The notes under the pieces: generated by a model | Database searches by the model: none | What the model was told of the DNA's origin: nothing | What the model saw: the letters and a program-made list of their open reading frames with translations, nothing else | In this document: positions 15,167 to 18,664 of the stretch, piece after piece | Numbering within the stretch: the stretch's first letter is position 1 | Layout: every line of letters begins with the position of its first letter | Translations under genes and position numbers: made by a program | Virus record (IMG/VR): IMGVR_UViG_3300013099_000019 | Length of the DNA: 18,664 nucleotides | DNA from: a virus | Taxonomy: Duplodnaviria > Heunggongvirae > Uroviricota > Caudoviricetes | Reading direction: 5' to 3' (one strand)

Positions 15167-15202
15167 TAAAAGATTAAGATAATTATATAATATAGGTATA
15201 TT

Positions 15203-15712
15203 ATGAAATTAAAACGTGCTATGTATCCAGGTTCTTTTAATCCTTGGACCAGAGGACACCAAGATATTTTAGAACGGGCATTAAAAATATTTAATACAGT
15301 GGATATTGTTGTAGCAAAAAATCCTAATAAAAATTTAAATATTACTAATATTGTTCGTTCTCTTACACCGCTTGAAGAACAATTTAAAAATAAAGCCTAT
15401 ATTTATCTTACTGAAAATCTTATTACCGATTTTTATCACCCTAATTGTCCAAAACAAGAACTTCCTATTATTAGAGGTGTTAGATCTGGTGATTGGGAAT
15501 ATGAACAAAACTTGGCGCAATGGAATAAAGAACTTGGCAAAGATACTATCTTTTTTAGCCCCAAGCTAGAAAATGCACATATTAGTAGTTCTGCCCTTCG
15601 TCTGTTAATAACAGAAAATAAAGACGTAACAAAGTATATAGGTAATAAAGAAGTATTTAAAGCCTGGTCTTATTTTAATGAACATGGAGAAATTTATACT
15701 AAAGGAGAGTAA
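15203..15712 (+). CDS. coaD: Phosphopantetheine adenylyltransferase (CoaD/PPAT-like), 169 aa
   Basis: RAMYPGSFNPWTRGHQDILERA (TxGH variant of HxGH), IIRGVRSGDWEYEQNLAQWNKEL, TIFF...HISSS. All CoaD hallmark blocks are present in order at the expected length. Confidence 0.85.
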   Translation: MKLKRAMYPGSFNPWTRGHQDILERALKIFNTVDIVVAKNPNKNLNITNIVRSLTPLEEQFKNKAYIYLTENLITDFYHPNCPKQELPIIRGVRSGDWEYEQNLAQWNKELGKDTIFFSPKLENAHISSSALRLLITENKDVTKYIGNKEVFKAWSYFNEHGEIYTKGE

Positions 15713-15713
15713 T

Positions 15714-16769
15714 ATGTATTTATTATTAATACTGTTAATACCCTTATCTTGGCCTTGGATATCAAAATATATCTGGCCACATAAGATTACCAATAAAGAA
15801 CTTGCTATCCATATAGCTATCGTTTTGGCCGTTACGTGTGCTACTTATTATATAGGTATGGTAGGTAATAGTTATGACATTGAAGTATGGAGTGGAGAAG
15901 TAACAGGAAAGAAGAAAGTAAGAGTTTCTTGTGAGCACTCTTATCAATGTAATTGTGTTACTACTACTGATTCGAAAGGTAATAGTTCTACTACTTGTCA
16001 AACTTGTTATGACCATAGTTATGATATTGATTGGGATGTGTATTCAAATGTAATGGACACTAGTTCAATTAATAGAATAGATGAACAAGGATTAAGAGAG
16101 CCTCCACGTTGGACACAAGTACAAATAGGAGAACCATACTCTGATACAAAACGTTTTAAAAATTATATTAAAGGGGCGCCAGATAGTTTATTTAACGATA
16201 AAGCAGTAGTTACTAAGTTTGAAAATAAATTACCTAAGTATCCTAATAGTATCTACGACTACTACAAAATTAATCGAGTATTAGCAGTTGGGGTAGAGGT
16301 ACCTGATATTCGAGACTGGAATAGAGATTTATCTGTAATACTAAAGAAACTAGGACCTGCAAAGAAGTCCAATGTAGTAATTGTAGTAGTTAATACTAAT
16401 GATATTCAGTACGCAAAAGCACTGAAAGAATACTGGTTAGGAGGAAAGAAAAACGACACAGTAGTAGTGATTGGCTCTACTAAATATCCTACAATAGACT
16501 TTGTAGATGTATTTTCCTGGTCTAAGAATGCAAGTTTAGAGATTGAAATAAGAAATGAGATACTTGCAGAAGGAAAACTTAACAGGGAGAAAACAATAGA
16601 AATAATCAAACAACAGATACAGAAGAATTTTAATAAAAGAAGTAATGAAGAATACGCCTACTTGGAAGAGGAAACCGTCCCACCAGTATGGCTATTACTA
16701 CTTACAGTATTTATGAGTTTTACTGCCTCAGGAGTAGTTTCTTATTTTACTTATAAAGAAGATTTTTAA
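15714..16769 (+). CDS. Membrane protein with a Cys-rich extracytoplasmic insert and a TPM-like domain, 351 aa (start revised from 15678)
   Basis: AAGGAG precedes ATG 15714; two N-terminal TMs, SCEHSYQCNC...TCQTCYDH, WLGGKKNDTVVVIG (TPM-like), one C-terminal TM. Confidence 0.7.
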   Translation: MYLLLILLIPLSWPWISKYIWPHKITNKELAIHIAIVLAVTCATYYIGMVGNSYDIEVWSGEVTGKKKVRVSCEHSYQCNCVTTTDSKGNSSTTCQTCYDHSYDIDWDVYSNVMDTSSINRIDEQGLREPPRWTQVQIGEPYSDTKRFKNYIKGAPDSLFNDKAVVTKFENKLPKYPNSIYDYYKINRVLAVGVEVPDIRDWNRDLSVILKKLGPAKKSNVVIVVVNTNDIQYAKALKEYWLGGKKNDTVVVIGSTKYPTIDFVDVFSWSKNASLEIEIRNEILAEGKLNREKTIEIIKQQIQKNFNKRSNEEYAYLEEETVPPVWLLLLTVFMSFTASGVVSYFTYKEDF

Positions 16770-16786
16770 TTTAAAGGAGAAAAACA

Positions 16787-17344
16787 ATGAGTAAAGGGTT
16801 AATCGTAGTATTAGGTGTAGTAGGTATGGGAATTTTTACAGTAGTAGCTCTTATTATGATTGTTGTAGGAATGAATAATACAGCAGTCCGTATGGAGAAA
16901 ACTATTACAGCTCAGTATGAACAGAATCAGAATTCACGGTCACAATATGTCAATTCTATTGCTGAGGCTGTACAAATTCCGGCTATGTATAAAGATGACT
17001 TTAAAGAAGTTATTCAGGCAGACATGGAAGGTCGTTATGGTAAAGAGGGTTCCAAAGCAACCTTTCAATGGATCAAAGAACGTAACCTTAATTTTAATTC
17101 AGAACTTTACACCAAGCTTCAAAATATGATTGAAGCAGGAAGAGCCCGTTTTGCTCATGAGCAAGAAATGCTTATTGACAAAAAACGGCTGTATGAAACT
17201 AAGTTGGAAACATTTCCAGGTTCTGTAGTTTACCCCATACTTGGTTTTCCTAAAATTGACTTAGATAATTTTAAAATTGTTAAGAGTCAAGATAATGCAA
17301 AAGTATTTTCTGACGGCGTAGAAGGACCTTTAAAGCTTAAATAG
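16787..17344 (+). CDS. LemA-like membrane-anchored helical protein, 185 aa
   Basis: N-terminal TM, then a helical domain ending LYTKLQNMIEAGR...YETKLETFPGSVVYPILGF, matching the LemA C-terminal LQ..(I/L)E...YN....FP......GF pattern. Confidence 0.7.
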   Translation: MSKGLIVVLGVVGMGIFTVVALIMIVVGMNNTAVRMEKTITAQYEQNQNSRSQYVNSIAEAVQIPAMYKDDFKEVIQADMEGRYGKEGSKATFQWIKERNLNFNSELYTKLQNMIEAGRARFAHEQEMLIDKKRLYETKLETFPGSVVYPILGFPKIDLDNFKIVKSQDNAKVFSDGVEGPLKLK

Positions 17345-17352
17345 GAATAATA

Positions 17353-17814
17353 ATGACTTACTTACTTTTATACTTACTTGTTAAATTAAACGATTTTAAA
17401 GAAGTTTTAGCAAATACTTATGGTTTTACAGTTACTATTGCTTTAATTTGTCTTGTTTACTTATTTATCTCCACAGGGAAAAGGAAAAAAGAAGATGGTA
17501 CTAGAAAAAATTATGATCCATTTTCTGCAGTTTTTGAACCTTATAATAATTATAAATTAAAACTATGTAGAAAAGTAATTTTAATTTCTTTTATTGTACA
17601 ACTTTTATGTAATATTACTGTAGCGTTATTGCCAAGTACAGGTCAAATTGCAGTAATATATTTAGGAGGTAAAGGGTTACAATCAGACACACTTAAAGAA
17701 GTTACTAGTATGGACCCAAAATTTGCTTCTTTTATAAAACGTGAATCAGATAAATGGTTATCAGAACAAATAAATGACGCTAAAAAAGTAATAATAAAAG
17801 AAGTAACAAACTAA
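17353..17814 (+). CDS. Membrane protein, 153 aa
   Basis: ORF track; AGGA RBS; 2-3 hydrophobic segments; LLPS...IAVIY motif. Confidence 0.75.
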   Translation: MTYLLLYLLVKLNDFKEVLANTYGFTVTIALICLVYLFISTGKRKKEDGTRKNYDPFSAVFEPYNNYKLKLCRKVILISFIVQLLCNITVALLPSTGQIAVIYLGGKGLQSDTLKEVTSMDPKFASFIKRESDKWLSEQINDAKKVIIKEVTN

Positions 17815-17898
17815 AAGTTTAAGAACGGATAATAATTTAAAATGACTGGAACAAAATAATTAATTAACTTAGTATTTATAAAAGAAGTAAAAATACTA

Positions 17899-18303
17899 AT
17901 GCTATTTGGGCAATGCGTCTTGGAGAAGCTGGTATTATTGAACCAATGTGATGATTGCGGCAAATATTATACGACTTCTAATAAAATTGATAAAATTATT
18001 GAAAAATGTATGGATAAAGACTTGGTTGTATCAGAAGCAATTATTAAATGTATTTGTGGTTTAAAACATGGAATTGGTGGGGAAAAAGATGTATTTTTCC
18101 CTGAATCAGATGATAAACCTGTCGGATGTATTATGATGTACGGTTTTGATCCTAAAAATAGAACAGAAGTAGTTCCAATATTACCAGCAGTAATGCTTAA
18201 AGAAACAACTAAAAAAGATACTAATTTTTCTACTTATGATAATGACAGGGTTATATACCTTAAGCCAATTAATAACGGAGTTAAACATGCAAAAACAATT
18301 TAA
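17899..18303 (+). CDS. Putative Zn-binding hypothetical protein, 134 aa
   Basis: ORF track; CDDC...CIC..H. Confidence 0.7.
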   Translation: MLFGQCVLEKLVLLNQCDDCGKYYTTSNKIDKIIEKCMDKDLVVSEAIIKCICGLKHGIGGEKDVFFPESDDKPVGCIMMYGFDPKNRTEVVPILPAVMLKETTKKDTNFSTYDNDRVIYLKPINNGVKHAKTI

Positions 18304-18373
18304 ATATGGTATCATGGTAGGTCTTGGTTTTGGTTATCTTATTGGATATATTATGTGTCTTTTACTAAATTAG
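18287..18373 (+). CDS. Possible single-TM micropeptide, 28 aa (not in ORF track)
   Basis: GGAG upstream of ATG 18287; MQKQFKYGIMVGLGFGYLIGYIMCLLLN. Confidence 0.45.
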   Translation: MQKQFKYGIMVGLGFGYLIGYIMCLLLN

Positions 18374-18382
18374 GAGAAAAAT

Positions 18383-18664
18383 ATGGCCTTTTTAGCAGTT
18401 ATTTTATCAATAATAGTACTAATTATACTTGCTTTTATGTTAGCATTTTACGATAATCATAAAGATAATACGGAATACATTGTAAAAGTATACGGTATAT
18501 TTTTAATACCTTTATTACTATTTATACTTGTAGATTTAACAAGTATCTACTATATAATAAATCCTATAGTAAAAGGAACATATATAAAAACAAGTATTTA
18601 TGAAAATGATGTGTTAGAAGTTGTTTCTTATAGTAAGTGTAAAAAAATAGCTTTAGGAACAAAT
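18383..18664 (+). CDS. Membrane protein, truncated by the window end
   Basis: AGGAG RBS, ATG 18383; MAFLAVILSIIVLIILAFMLAFYDNH...; the frame stays open to the end of the window. Confidence 0.7.
   Translation, partial: MAFLAVILSIIVLIILAFMLAFYDNHKDNTEYIVKVYGIFLIPLLLFILVDLTSIYYIINPIVKGTYIKTSIYENDVLEVVSYSKCKKIALGTN

Noticed and set aside
15203-15712. NadD/NMNAT (NAD reconstitution) assignment
   Set aside because: YPGSF.P.T.GH, IRG.R...D.EYE and N..L...T.F blocks fit CoaD better than the NadD GG(T/S)FDP.H.GH pattern. Only an assay would be definitive.
45-16609. Minus-strand ORFs in the track (e.g. 45-287, 354-608, 1812-2045, 6511-6750, 9307-9651, 12063-12287, 13453-13635, 14355-14576, 15335-15520, 15605-15793, 15762-16016, 16406-16609)
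   Set aside because: They overlap better-supported + strand genes, are F/I/L/S-rich as expected for antisense frames of AT-rich coding DNA, and show no recognisable motifs.
9344-17129. Alternative-frame + strand ORFs 9344-9562, 15351-15569 and 16917-17129
   Set aside because: Fully nested in rtcB/intein, coaD and the LemA-like gene, with no recognisable motif or evident RBS.
1-18664. Alternative genetic code (TAG or TGA readthrough), as in some large phages
   Set aside because: RtcB ends at TAG exactly after its conserved terminal KG, TGA and TAG stops are followed by fresh RBS-ATG starts, and long genes are uninterrupted.

Overview
AT-rich, gene-dense segment that looks like the accessory (early/host-takeover) region of a large bacteriophage; this is inferred from gene content. 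All convincing genes lie on the + strand, are tightly packed with AGGAG-type RBSs or TAATG/ATGA overlaps, and read in the standard genetic code. No structural, replication, tRNA or CRISPR features were seen. Recognisable genes are an RtcB RNA ligase split by a 313-aa LAGLIDADG-type intein at its catalytic Cys, a Lar-like restriction-alleviation protein, a secreted Big_2 (Ig-like) protein, a lipoprotein, a minimal J-domain (HPD) protein, a tandem-HTH protein, a radical SAM/SPASM enzyme, a CoaD-like phosphopantetheine adenylyltransferase and a TPM-like/LemA-like membrane pair. The best candidate for an undescribed system is the tightly packed HTH - rSAM/SPASM - Cys-rich peptide (MPSCDGSNCGACSSNCNCS plus coiled coil) - CoaD cluster at 13237-15712, which may be a phage-encoded RiPP-like peptide modification system. 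The first 2.4 kb also has reused linkers made of in-frame stop-codon runs plus an SD, Cys-rich microproteins, and a structured non-coding region. All family assignments come from reading motifs by eye, not from database searches.
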